This document shows, in pieces, positions 49,489-59,558 of a DNA stretch of 64,000 bases. The notes beneath the pieces were generated by a model. It was not told the DNA's origin and searched no databases. It saw only the letters and a list, made by a program, of their open reading frames with translations. A program made the position numbers and the translations under genes. Source of the stretch: an uncultured Acidobacteriota bacterium. GTDB lineage: Bacteria; Acidobacteriota; Thermoanaerobaculia; Thermoanaerobaculales; Sulfomarinibacteraceae. The stretch covers positions 3,801 through 67,800 of the forward strand of contig CAVPHA010000011.1 in NCBI GenBank assembly GCA_963704125.1. The letters are read 5' to 3'. How positions within the stretch are numbered: position 1 is the first letter of the stretch; every line of letters starts with the position of its first letter.

Positions 49489-51368
49489 TCACACGGACTG
49501 CAGAGCTCGAAGGACATCGAGCATCCCGCTGCCCTGAAAAAAGCGTTCTCTGCCGAGGTCGGTGGCCGTTTCGCAGAGAATCCGTTTGATCTCGTTCGCC
49601 TCGCCGATGAACTCGCTGTGACGGGCCATCAACATGGCCGCGGCGCCGCTGACGTGCGGGGCGGCCATGCTGGTTCCGTCCTTTCGTCCTTTGGCCTCTC
49701 CCGGAATCGGTGCGGTGATCTTCTCCCCCGGCGCCACGAGATCGGGCTTGTCGCTCCCGTCCCCGGTGGGCCCGCGACTCGAAAAGTAGCTCACGCCGTA
49801 GGTGTGGGGCCGATTGCGGTGGGTGGCGCCGACCGTGATCACGCTCTCGGCGTTTCCCGGGATCGGTGACGCTCATGGCGTTGTAGCCCTCGAGGAAGCC
49901 TGTGTCGGTTCGGTATTTGACCGTGCCAAGGTTTCCGGCAGCTGCCACCACAACGACACCGTTGTTCACGACCCGCTCACATTCGTCGCAGACCGGAGTC
50001 CGACCGCAGGCGTAGTTGGTGACATCGTGTTTGATGGAAAGGCTGAGGTTGGCACCGTGGACCACGATGTAGTCGTGGTGAGCATTGAGATAGCGGATGA
50101 ACTGGAGAGCTGCGATGATGCTGAACTCGGTACCCTTTCCGTTGTCATCCAGAACCCGGAGGTCGTACAGCTTGAGGTCCGGACAGACACCTTGGAGAGG
50201 GGGTCCATCCTGACCGTCGGGCTTTTCCCAATCACCGGCGAGGATTCCGGCAACGTGGGTGCCATGGGTGTGTTGAGGCTCGTGGTAGTCGGGCTCGCTG
50301 TGTTCAACCTCGAGGAACGGCTCGAGGAGAACCCAGTCGACGTCCCGGCCGGTCTGGAGGCTTCGCTGGAGACTGTCGAGAAGATCCTCGACCCTGGTCC
50401 ACTGCGCCTCCCCGATGTCCGGGATCTTTTCCCGTAGTTTCTCTTTCGTGAGATTGTCGGGATTCAACAGATTGCGTATTCGGTTGAAGTCGTAGGTCTT
50501 GACCACTCGGGTTCGGTTGAGCCAGCGCGCGCCGTCGAGTTCGAAGGGATCGTCAAACAACGAGCCGTCCCTGTCCTTCGCTCGAAACGCGGGGTGCGTC
50601 GCATCGATTCCGCTGTCGATGACCGCCCAGGTCAGCTTGGCGCAACTGACCTTGAAGAGCAGCCGAGCCGCATCCGCCTTGATGGCAAGAGTCGACTTCT
50701 TGACCGCGGTGGTAGCCTCACGATTACGGCCGACGAGCCACACCAGCTGCTCCTCGTCCTTTTCCGGAACCTTGAGATCCGCAATCAGGCGTTTGATCTG
50801 GTCGACGGTCTCGGCCGGTGTCGACGGCTCAGCTCTCGCTCCCTTTTTCTTGGTTCCCCTGGTCATCCCGGCGATCGCTCCGACGATTCGGGCCATCCAG
50901 AGGAGATCCGGGGACAGTGGGAGCTTGTCCTCGCTTTCCTCGTTTGCGAAGACCTCGAGCGCCTCTGCCAACATCTGTTTTGCGTCTGAATCTTTGTCGA
51001 ACCGGCGGAGGTATGTCCCCGTTCCCTTCCACACGTATCGCTGCCACCAAGGCGTCATGGGAAGCACAACTCGAATCAGTTCCTTGAAATAGAGACGTGC
51101 GACCACAGAACCTTGGGCAAAAGCGATTTCCGGGATCCTCCTTTCGTTTGTGCTTCTTCGGCTCGAGGCTGAGTCGATTGCGGATCGCATTCGCAAGTTG
51201 GCCGGCGCTCATATCCCGATGAGGTGTCAGCAGCAAATCGACAGGTTCGTTCGGTGTTTTCGCATACTCGAGCCATACGTCCGGCAGAATCGGGGAGTCC
51301 TGCGTGTAGCGTCGATCGTTCTCGGTTCCGAAAATCAATCCCTCGAAATTCTCCGGCGTATCGGCCAT
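49489..51368 (-). pseudogene. cytoplasmic S8 (subtilisin-family) serine peptidase with a 250-aa N-terminal region of unknown function; two frameshifts
   Basis: Asp AVIDSGIDATHPAF, His HGTHVAGILAG and Ser GTSMAAPHVSGAAAM. GGAGGA RBS before ATG 51368. No signal peptide. Frame changes lie near 51140 and 49850. Confidence 0.8.
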
Positions 51369-51640
51369 CAGTGCTTCCTCCATTCAGGTCGTCGGATGCG
51401 GTTAGGGTTGAAACGTGACGAAAAACTCAATGGCCGCAGCAGTATCGAGACCACCCAGAGGCACCAGGATGGCGCGAAGCGCCGGCTGCTGGGGATTTCG
51501 ACGGGCAGGATGAGCGTGGGTTCTTCCTCGGCGGTGGCATCGCGAAATTCGCTGGGCGTTTCACCGGGTTGTTGAAAATCCGTGGTCTCATTGTAATGCT
51601 GAACGGCAAAAAGAGAATCCTGCCAGAGCCGGGCATCCAC
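51368..51640 (-). CDS. small ORF (90 aa) translationally coupled to the S8 peptidase gene
   Basis: GTG start at 51640. Its TGA stop overlaps the ATG of the S8 gene (TGATG at 51370-51366). No recognisable family. The overlapping alternative ORF 51427-51681 makes the frame uncertain. Confidence 0.3.
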   Translation of the reverse strand: MDARLWQDSLFAVQHYNETTDFQQPGETPSEFRDATAEEEPTLILPVEIPSSRRFAPSWCLWVVSILLRPLSFSSRFNPNRIRRPEWRKH

Positions 51641-51693
51641 AACTGCCCCGTGGTCGGAGCGCGACCACGGGGCTTTGACATCCGGCGTCGAAC

Positions 51694-54393
51694 CTAGGGC
51701 GTTTCAGGCGTTAGTGCGAAGGCGTACACATGGCTGCTGTCCAGGCTCGAGATTCGATGTCCCCAACCACGAGTCGCTTTTGCGTAGACGTACAGAACCT
51801 GAGCGAACGCGGCCTCGTCGGGACAGGTCTCGAGCAGCTCCGCGACCGTAAAGGTCCGCGTGAAATTGCCGAAACCGTCACCGACATACGGCCCGCTCGC
51901 GCCAGGAATACCGGCCGTCGGCGCGGCGACCTCGGCGTTGGTCACCGGCGACAGGGTCACCGTGTTGGGGCCGCGCGCGATGCGGAAGCTGAAGATCGCC
52001 CGGTTGTCGGGATGAGTCGCGTGAAAGGCCACATCGACGGGATCCGGGCCCAGGGGATCGTAACGCAGGAAACCGCAGTCTCCGGCGCCGACGGTGCCGA
52101 TCATCGGCTGATCGATCACGGCCCCCGTCGGCCGGTTGTCGATGTGCAGACTGAACTCGAAGCCGCCGCCGAGGACGCTCGCTCCCGGTGCGAAAGCCGT
52201 GAGGATGGTGCCGTCTGCCGCCTGGCTGGTGGGTACGACAAACTGGAAACTACCGCCCCCCGGCGAGACCTGGACACCGGCCTGGTCATAGATCTCCAGC
52301 CGGATCAGGTAGCTTCCCGGGGAGAGGCTCTCGCCGACGGTGTTGAGCAAGCCTCGATAAATGTCACCGACCCAGCCGGTTGTGGGCCAGCTGACGGTCT
52401 CACCCGGGGCCAGGGGCGGCACCAACGAGGGCAGCTCGGTCTCGTGCGGCTGGAATCGATAGAGCTTCTTGCCGGCGATGTCGTGCGGCCCGAGTTCGAG
52501 GGTTGGGAAGACCGGTGGATTCCCCGGCGCCTCGAACTGATAGTGGACCGATATGGTCTGTGAAAAGTCCGTCCAGGTCGGCACGGACTCGTGCCGGTAC
52601 TGGAATCGGTAGTAGTAGAGCTGCGCCGTCGGGATGACGTTGGCTCGGCCGAGCCGGAAGCCCAAATACCCGCCGAACGGAGCATCGATCATGGAGCGGC
52701 CGCCGTCGTTGTAGTCGGTCAGGCCGGTTGGTTTGATGCGGTAGAGCGGCGTGCCTCCAACCCCGTACGGCATGATCCAGGTGCCGGTGGCATCAACCCC
52801 CGGCTGTTCCGTGAAGCAGATATTGTCGACGACGAGCTCCTGACCGCCGAGAGCGAAAGAGTGCACCTCGCCGGTGAGCATCAAAGTTCCCTGATCGTCG
52901 CCAAACCCGCTGGTGACCGTGGCCAGAGCGCCTCCGATCATCGTATTGTGGATCTCGGCCATGTTGCCGAAGTTCTGGAAGTCGCCGTTGACCTCGAGGT
53001 TGAGGTTGCCGCCGTACTCACCAAATCTGAGGTGAACGACGTTTGGTGTCGCTGGGAACCCTACATTGACATTGACGTTGTTGGTCGCCAGCTCCTGACC
53101 GGAGCCTCCCGCCATGCCGGTATTGCCGATCGAAGCGTGGCCGCCGCTCGTCCAATTGCTGTTCGACCACTGGAACGACCCGATCGTCATGGTCGCGCCG
53201 GAGTCCGTGAACACGTCCCCGACGTTGTAGCTGGTGCCGAGCGCCGGGCTTTCGAAGTCGATGCAGGTCGGCCCGAGGCCGGTGATCGGCGCGCAGGTCG
53301 ATGTGTAGCTCTTCGCACACCGTCGGTCGGTCAAGGTCACCGACACGCAGTCCGGGGGCGGTGTACCCCGCGGGAGTGCAAACCAGAGGCTGCCGAGATT
53401 GTCGGCTGTGCCCAAGGCGCAGAAACCAAAGAGACGATGACCGTCACCGTCGTGGATGTCGACCCAGGTTCTGGAGGAGTTGGCGTTGAGCCCGCATGGC
53501 GGCAGATCCGGCGCGGCGGCGAACAGCGAATCCGGGTAGGCCGCCCGGTTCGTGACGGAGATGCTGTATCTCGTGAAAGCCAGACCTCCGGTCTCATCGT
53601 CTTCCGATCCCGTGATCTGGATCTGTGGGTCGGGAAGACCTGGGGGACAGATGATCCCCCAACCGAGAATCGCCTCGTTGACGAATCGGCTGACGATCCC
53701 CTCTCTGGATCTGACGATGTACCGGACCAGCACGGCCTCATCTCCGGCGGTGGCCGGGATCTTGAGCACGGCCCTCTCACCCGGGCCGAGAGTCTCCGGA
53801 TCGGAGCCCTGCCACCCGCGCCGCATCCGGCGGACGAGGTTGTCGACCTCATCCCAGTTGAGACGCTCGAGCTCCACCTGTTCGGGCAGGGTCACCCATT
53901 CCCGTTGAACCTGGACGCGTCCGGCCTCGAGCTCCCGGGGCATCTGGACGATGTCCCAGATCACCCCGTCACGGGCTTCCCAAACCTGCCAGGGGAGTGG
54001 GACCTCGTTTGCCGGTCTGCCGTCGATCGACCAGAAGCCGCGGGCCGTGATGGGGCCCTGGCAGGTCAGCCGAACGCCGAAATGCTCGGTGCGGCCGGGT
54101 TCGATCGGATCCTCTCGGTTCTGCCAGGTGATGGTCACACCGGGGCCGAAGGACGTGCGTGGACTGATCTTGGGCGGACCGCCCCAACCGGGATAGAAAC
54201 CACGAATGCACTCGCGGTCGATTTCCCCGATCAGAACCAACTCGAAATCGTTGTATGGACGCTGGTCGGTGTTTCGGACGTCGAAGTTGCTCAACGAGCC
54301 GACGACCTCCTGTGCGAACGCCGGGAGCGCCCCGCACACGAGAATCAGAACGGCCGTCACTGCCACGAATCTCGATCTTGATTGAGCCATCAT
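51694..54393 (-). CDS. large exported protein of unknown function (about 900 aa)
   Basis: Purine-rich GAAGGGAAGGGG stretch (RBS-like) immediately upstream, ATG ATG at 54393. Signal peptide MMAQSRSRFVAVTAVLILVCGALPAFA. Uninterrupted ORF with non-shadow composition. No family recognised. Confidence 0.7.
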   Translation of the reverse strand: MMAQSRSRFVAVTAVLILVCGALPAFAQEVVGSLSNFDVRNTDQRPYNDFELVLIGEIDRECIRGFYPGWGGPPKISPRTSFGPGVTITWQNREDPIEPGRTEHFGVRLTCQGPITARGFWSIDGRPANEVPLPWQVWEARDGVIWDIVQMPRELEAGRVQVQREWVTLPEQVELERLNWDEVDNLVRRMRRGWQGSDPETLGPGERAVLKIPATAGDEAVLVRYIVRSREGIVSRFVNEAILGWGIICPPGLPDPQIQITGSEDDETGGLAFTRYSISVTNRAAYPDSLFAAAPDLPPCGLNANSSRTWVDIHDGDGHRLFGFCALGTADNLGSLWFALPRGTPPPDCVSVTLTDRRCAKSYTSTCAPITGLGPTCIDFESPALGTSYNVGDVFTDSGATMTIGSFQWSNSNWTSGGHASIGNTGMAGGSGQELATNNVNVNVGFPATPNVVHLRFGEYGGNLNLEVNGDFQNFGNMAEIHNTMIGGALATVTSGFGDDQGTLMLTGEVHSFALGGQELVVDNICFTEQPGVDATGTWIMPYGVGGTPLYRIKPTGLTDYNDGGRSMIDAPFGGYLGFRLGRANVIPTAQLYYYRFQYRHESVPTWTDFSQTISVHYQFEAPGNPPVFPTLELGPHDIAGKKLYRFQPHETELPSLVPPLAPGETVSWPTTGWVGDIYRGLLNTVGESLSPGSYLIRLEIYDQAGVQVSPGGGSFQFVVPTSQAADGTILTAFAPGASVLGGGFEFSLHIDNRPTGAVIDQPMIGTVGAGDCGFLRYDPLGPDPVDVAFHATHPDNRAIFSFRIARGPNTVTLSPVTNAEVAAPTAGIPGASGPYVGDGFGNFTRTFTVAELLETCPDEAAFAQVLYVYAKATRGWGHRISSLDSSHVYAFALTPETP

Positions 54394-54572
54394 GAACCCC
54401 TTCCCTTCGGTGGAGAGACAATGTCGTTGTTTGCAGGTATCGGGATCGCCGGGTCGATTTACATCACCCATTTGGGTGATGCAGCCGCCGGAGACGAGAC
54501 CGACCCTGTTCGTTGGCATCTAACTCCGGAACGATGAATGCCGAAAAACCGGCACACCCAAGGAGGGCTGCG

Positions 54573-55103
54573 ATGGCTGATGAACGAGTGCGCGGCGCGA
54601 AGGTCAGGGGCGGGGGATCAATCCCAAAAAACACGCACACCCCAGCAATCTTCAATGTGATCTGGGATTCCGATGGGTATTTCCGGCCGACGATCGACAA
54701 TGGTGTGCTCACCATCCCAAGACCGAGGCGCCGCGGCAGATACCAGATCCGGGTGGCGGTTCGCTGGATGAACCCTTGGGGTCTGCCCGGCGGCGCGCGA
54801 CCGTCTTATGACGACTACTCCAAAATGAACTACTACACCTGCATCACCGTCAACGACAGCCTCCTCGGAAATGAAGCTAGGGCAACCGCCGCCCCGGTTC
54901 TGGCTGCGACGGGAACGACCCAGTACTTCGCCGTCGATGAAAACCTGGGTCTCGGTGACTCCGTTGGGGTCAGACTGTGGCAGTCCGTTGGCGACGACGT
55001 CATGGCTAATGTATTTCTTGAAATACGACGTCTCGGTCCGCGGGCGTCCGCGTTGACGACATCTGCGACCGGGTCTTCGGATTCGGCATCCGACACCGGT
55101 TGA
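54573..55103 (+). CDS. hypothetical protein (176 aa), possibly a C1q/TNF-like jelly-roll
   Basis: AGGAGG 6 nt before ATG 54573. Beta-rich body (…AIFNVIWDSDGYFRPTIDNGVLTIPRPRRRGRYQIRVAVRW…YYTCITVND…GVRLWQ…FLEIRRLG). The fold assignment is only an impression. Confidence 0.45.
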   Translation: MADERVRGAKVRGGGSIPKNTHTPAIFNVIWDSDGYFRPTIDNGVLTIPRPRRRGRYQIRVAVRWMNPWGLPGGARPSYDDYSKMNYYTCITVNDSLLGNEARATAAPVLAATGTTQYFAVDENLGLGDSVGVRLWQSVGDDVMANVFLEIRRLGPRASALTTSATGSSDSASDTG

Positions 55104-55323
55104 ACGAGCATCGATAATCGGTGAATTGCACTTTTGACCGACCTGCCCGACGACTCGACGCCGTGAGGGGTCTATACCGAGAGCGCAGACTTGAGTCATT
55201 CGATAGCCAATTGCCGACTGACTCATGGTTCTTTGATTCCGCCTGATCTCGCCACCCGGTGCCAATTGCGACGTGATATCGTATCGCCAGAAGCTTCGCG
55301 CGCGACAAAAAGGGGGAGAGACC

Positions 55324-55779
55324 ATGGTTGCTGCAGAATCGGGTGGCGGTGTTTCGATGAGGACCCCGGTCCACCTGTGGATCATCGGCGTGCTGGCGCT
55401 GCTGTGGAACGCGATCGGGGCTTTCGATTACTTGGCCACGCAGTTCAAGCTCGAGTTCTACATGGGGAAATTCGAACCGGAGATGCTTGATTACGTCTAC
55501 AACGGCATCCCCGCATGGGCGATCGCCGGTTGGGCGATCGCCGTTTGGTTCGCGTTGGCGGGCTCCATCGGGCTGCTGTTGCGCAAGCGGTGTTCGATGT
55601 GGCTCTTCGGCATTTCCATCGTGGGGATGGTTTTCAGCACCGTTCACGGGTTCTTCCTGTCCAACGGTCTCGAGATCATGGGCAACAGTTACCTGTACAT
55701 GTCGGCCCTCGTCTGGATGATCGCCTTCGGGCTGTTCTTCTATGCCCGCGCCATGTGCAAGCAGGGTGTTCTCACCTGA
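55324..55779 (+). CDS. 4-TM membrane protein of unknown function
   Basis: GGGGGAG RBS and ATG at 55324. Four hydrophobic helices (HLWIIGVLALLWNAIGAF…, WAIAGWAIAVWFALAGSIGLLL, WLFGISIVGMVFSTVHGFF, LYMSALVWMIAFGLFFY). Confidence 0.65.
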   Translation: MVAAESGGGVSMRTPVHLWIIGVLALLWNAIGAFDYLATQFKLEFYMGKFEPEMLDYVYNGIPAWAIAGWAIAVWFALAGSIGLLLRKRCSMWLFGISIVGMVFSTVHGFFLSNGLEIMGNSYLYMSALVWMIAFGLFFYARAMCKQGVLT

Positions 55780-55852
55780 GGTCCGGCATGGGCAGCTTGT
55801 TCCGACCGCCGACGTTGACGCCGCGGAGCAGGGCGATGTGCGAACCGGTCAT
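55772..55852 (-). pseudogene. 5' fragment (26 codons) of a DUF1697-family gene
   Basis: MTGSHIALLRGVNVGGRNKLPMPDLR-stop is the characteristic DUF1697 N-terminus as I recall it. Its ATG overlaps the stop of the upstream gene (ATGA at 55849-55852). The rest of the gene is replaced by the convergent 55324-55779 gene. Confidence 0.5.
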
Positions 55853-57913
55853 TCCGGTGTTTCTTCGTCGGCCGCGCCGGCACGACGGTCGCGCAACCGG
55901 ATCACGACCGAGTACACCAGGAAGACCGCGGTGAGCACCCACGCGACGACTCGGCCGGCGGTTCCGGTAAAAAGAAAGATGAAGTCGAAACCCCAGGTCC
56001 AGGTGAAGACGCCGACCCACATGGTCAGGAGCACGACGGGCAACAGTCGTGCGACCGGAAAACCCCATGAGCAACCCGACGAGGGCGCCGATAAAGGCGC
56101 CCGTGAACGGCAACGGAAGCCAGATGAAGATCACGAGGCCAAGGATGCCGTAGGTTTGCAGACGCTGATTCTGCGATCGGGCGCGCTGATCGGCGCCGCG
56201 GAAGAACGAGGCGAGCCATCGTGGCGGGTCCACGCGCTCGGTCGCCATCCGGAAGATCGGAAGCGCGAGCAGGAGAAACCCGGTGTTGAGCAGGAGGATC
56301 ACCATGGCGGTGAGTAGATTTCCCAAACCGAGCTCGAGACCGGTGAGGATCCCCGCCATCCGGCCGCCGACATAGGCCGCGCCGAGAACAGCCATGACCT
56401 TGGCGAACAGGGCCGTGTCGGTGGCCCAGAGCACACCCAACGCCGTCAGATTTCCGACGGTCACCAGCAACCCCGCCGCCAGCAGGATTCGAGTGATCTT
56501 TCGATCCGGCGCCGAGGCGGTGGGCACGGGGCTACTCCGGGTACGATCTGCTTCGACCTCGGTCGAGGCTCGGTTCGATTTGCTGATGGCCTGGCGAGCC
56601 TCCCCTCCTTCGACCAGCCGATCGTGGCAGCTCGGGCCTCCGAAAACCGCGACCGGCTCGAAGCCGTCGCCGGCAAGGGCGAGGTCGAGGAGATCTTCGG
56701 CCGAGAGCGTCGGCCGGCCGGACCGCTCCTGGAGGGGGATTTCGATCGGGCCGAGTCCGTCGAAGGCGCGGTAGACGACCTCGGTGCAGACCAACCTGTC
56801 AGAACGGAAGAAGTCGAAGTCGAAGTTGTAGAGCTTGCCCTCGTGTTTTGCGGCGCGAGCAAGACCCTGCGCAAGCTGAGCTCGATTGAGCTGCGGCCGG
56901 ATCACCGCCACCGCGTCGACCGCCAGGGTCTGCTCGAGGGGCCGGAAGAGAACCCCATCCTTGAGCGCCTCGAGGACCCGCCGATCGCCGCTCCATCGTC
57001 GTGCTCTGTCCTCGTCAAGCTCGACCCCCAGATGCCGGCGGTCGTCCTCGGAGCCGATGTAGAGCGCGGCGTGCGGCCAGAAACCGGGGAGAAAGAGGTT
57101 GGTCAGCGCCCGTTCATGACGACAGATCAGAACGTCTCCAGGTTGCAGCAGGTTGTCAATCTGGTGGCGGAGATCGTCATCGACCCGGCAGGGCGACCAC
57201 TGGTCCCGCAGCTCCGAGGCCAATCGCCCGCCGGTTTCGAGGGCCGCGAAAACCGTCTGCTGGCGGGCCGAGGCGCCGCGGCGCCGGAAGGTATGAACCA
57301 GATAGTTGATCAGGAGCTTGAGGTACCTCCGCCGACTGGGCTCGAGCACCTTTTCCCGCTCTGAGAGATGGACCACGAACTCGCCGACGATGGGGTCGTC
57401 GGCCATGGCGTTCAACAGCCGCCGTTGGCCCCGGGCGAGGCGCATGGCCTTCTCCATCTGCCGTGCCTTGGCGGGGTCGGTGAAGGACTCGAAGATCTCG
57501 GTGTACTGCTTTCGGGGAATTCGATGGAGTGCGGATCCCTCGTTGAGCTTGCGTTGGGTCAGCGATTCGCGAGCGACAGTCTCGAGGAGCAATCGGTCGA
57601 GGCGGACGACCAGGCAGGCTGCGGTGTAGCCGAGAACGAAGCAGCGCCATTCCTCGATGTCGAAGATGCCCTCGACTCGTCCACCCACCGGGGCGGAAAC
57701 CTCACCGATGACCTCCCAGAGCTCGGACCGGATGGTCAGAAAACGGGCGAACCAGGACAGCAGTTCGGCTTCTTCCGCCGGGCGAAAATGACCTCGGGCG
57801 ACTGCAGCCGCAATGATCTCCTCGGAAGGAGTCGCGTGGTCGAGCTCATCGACTGCTTCGGCAAGCGCGGTGACCGCGCGGCGGCAACCGGTGAGATACT
57901 CCTCGAACGGCAC
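55849..57913 (-). pseudogene. YiiX-like permuted papain/NlpC-P60 superfamily domain fused in frame to a small-multidrug-export-like membrane domain; one frameshift near 56040
   Basis: QPGDVLICRHERALTNLFLPGFWPHAALYIG … DRLVCTEVVYRAF (Cys/His permuted hydrolase pattern). Then the TM region …IFIWLPLPFTGAFIGALVGLLMGF, whose last helices (…VVLLTMWVGVFTWTWGFDFIFLFTG…) are in another frame. Confidence 0.6.
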
Positions 57914-57955
57914 TCCCAGAATCTACCACGCGGCGGGGTTTTTACCCGCCCGTGC

Positions 57956-59386
57956 CTAGATGTCGATCGAGAGGAGGGTGTCGATCACGTCTTTGGCGGT
58001 GTACGAGGTCTGCCCTTCGGGGATAAAACGGGCGATCTCCGCGAGATCGTCGCCCGAGGTGAGTAGCGGTCGTTCGAAGGTCCCGTCCTTCTGGATCTGG
58101 GGCTGGCCGGCGTTGACCAGCAGCGCGTTGCAGATGCATTTTCGGCCGGTTGTGTCCGCTTCCGACCCGCCCTTGCTGAGATAGGTCGCGATCGGTTCGG
58201 AGGCGCAGCGGTATCCGATGGACCCGTCCTCCTTCCGGTAGACCTCGCGTAAGTAGCCGAGATTGCAGATCCGAGTGCGCGCGAGATAGACGTCCTCGTC
58301 TGAAAGACTGCCCTCGAGCTGGGCGACCTTGAACGGGAACCCCGTTGGCGAGGCGAGGCGATCCGTGACCACCCGAGCCGTTCCGGCAACCGCTTTGGCC
58401 AGCAGGCCCCGCCGGTACTCCGGCGCCAACCCGGAATCCTCGCAGAGCGCGAAGGCCGTCCCGACCTGGATGCCGTTGCCGCCGGCCGCCAGCACCTCCT
58501 GCAGCTTCTCGGCGGACGCGGAACCGCCGGCGACCCAGAATGGGAGTCCCAACTCCCTGATCTTTTCCAGATCCACCACGTCCTTTTCGCCGTAGACCGG
58601 TTCGTTTTTCTCGTTGAGCTGCAGCTTGCCGCGCGGCGGTGCGTTATGGCCGCCGGCGGTCGGACCCTCGATGACGAATCCGTCGACGGTGCCGTTGGAT
58701 CTGCGCAGCATGGTCACCGCGAGAACGTTGGACGCGATGATCGGGAGGAACCGTGGCCGCTGAAGCGGCTCGTGATCGCTTTCCATGAAGTCCCTCGGAT
58801 CGAACCGCGCCAGGGTGTCGTCGTCGGGCTTCGATCCGACGACGTTGATGCCGTAAGAGACCGCCTCGTGACGCGAGAGACCCTCAAGGACCCCGGGAAT
58901 CGTGGTCGGGATCCCGGCGCCCATGATGACGTAGGCGACGCCGGCCAGCATGGCGCCGTAGATCGACGGAAGGTGGGGGAGCTGGATCTTCTCGAGATAG
59001 TTGATGCCGACGGGGTGGTCGTGTCCCTCGCGGGCGAGAAACACCTCGGCGAAATTGCCCAGGATGCAGAGCTCGTAAAGCCTCTTGGCCCCGACCATCT
59101 TGTGCAGCGGAACGGTCGCATAGGGCTCGTCATCGGCTTTGCCGCCGGGGATGAAGAATCCACTCAGGGCGCGTTGCGCCATCTCGGGGAAGGGAAAGGC
59201 CTCAAACGCGCGGCGAATGTGGCCGCCTTTGTCGCCATCCTGGAGACGCCTCGTCATCACGATCTCGAGCGCGACTCCGGAGACGACCCCGAGCTGCCCC
59301 AACTTCGAAACCGTCCGCGCGAGGCGCCAGTCCGAGATCGCCACGCCCATCCCGCCCTGAATGATCTTTGGGTAGTCGACTTTCAC
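57956..59386 (-). CDS. nitronate monooxygenase / NAD(P)H-dependent flavin oxidoreductase family (476 aa)
   Basis: IIQGGMGVAISDWRLARTVSKLGQLGVVSG … GPTAGGHNAP … FWVAGG are typical NMO TIM-barrel blocks. Confidence 0.85.
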   Translation of the reverse strand: MKVDYPKIIQGGMGVAISDWRLARTVSKLGQLGVVSGVALEIVMTRRLQDGDKGGHIRRAFEAFPFPEMAQRALSGFFIPGGKADDEPYATVPLHKMVGAKRLYELCILGNFAEVFLAREGHDHPVGINYLEKIQLPHLPSIYGAMLAGVAYVIMGAGIPTTIPGVLEGLSRHEAVSYGINVVGSKPDDDTLARFDPRDFMESDHEPLQRPRFLPIIASNVLAVTMLRRSNGTVDGFVIEGPTAGGHNAPPRGKLQLNEKNEPVYGEKDVVDLEKIRELGLPFWVAGGSASAEKLQEVLAAGGNGIQVGTAFALCEDSGLAPEYRRGLLAKAVAGTARVVTDRLASPTGFPFKVAQLEGSLSDEDVYLARTRICNLGYLREVYRKEDGSIGYRCASEPIATYLSKGGSEADTTGRKCICNALLVNAGQPQIQKDGTFERPLLTSGDDLAEIARFIPEGQTSYTAKDVIDTLLSIDI

Positions 59387-59484
59387 AGATCGAGAAGCGT
59401 ACCAGCCGTCGAGATCACCGAAAAGTCGGCCTGCGGCAATTCAGAAGTCGTTGTCGAGCATGGAGAGATCCGAAACCTACAGAG

Positions 59485-59550
59485 ATTTCCGTGCAGATCC
59501 GTGTTCATCCGTGTCCCATTCCACTGCGATGTTGCGGTGGTTGCGGCGAG
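59485..59550. repeat. REP-like repeat related to family A (ATCCGTG units plus TGCGATGTTGCGGTGGTTGCGGCGAG)
   Basis: TTCCGTGCAGATCCGTGTTCATCCGTGTCC…CTGCGATGTTGCGGTGGTTGCG. Compare CTCCGTGATCTCCGTG at 32401 and GTGGTTGCGAC at 30064. Confidence 0.5.
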
Positions 59551-59558
59551 GGTCTGAA

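Noticed and set aside
50249-50264. Perfect sigma54 consensus TGGCACCCACGTTGCC on the minus strand.
   Set aside because: It lies inside the S8 peptidase CDS and is simply the coding sequence of the catalytic HGTHVAG motif.
51427-51681. 84-aa alternative ORF overlapping the small ORF upstream of the S8 gene.
   Set aside because: It has Pro/Arg-rich shadow-like composition and no coupling to the downstream gene. The 51368-51640 frame has the TGATG overlap and is preferred, though still weak.
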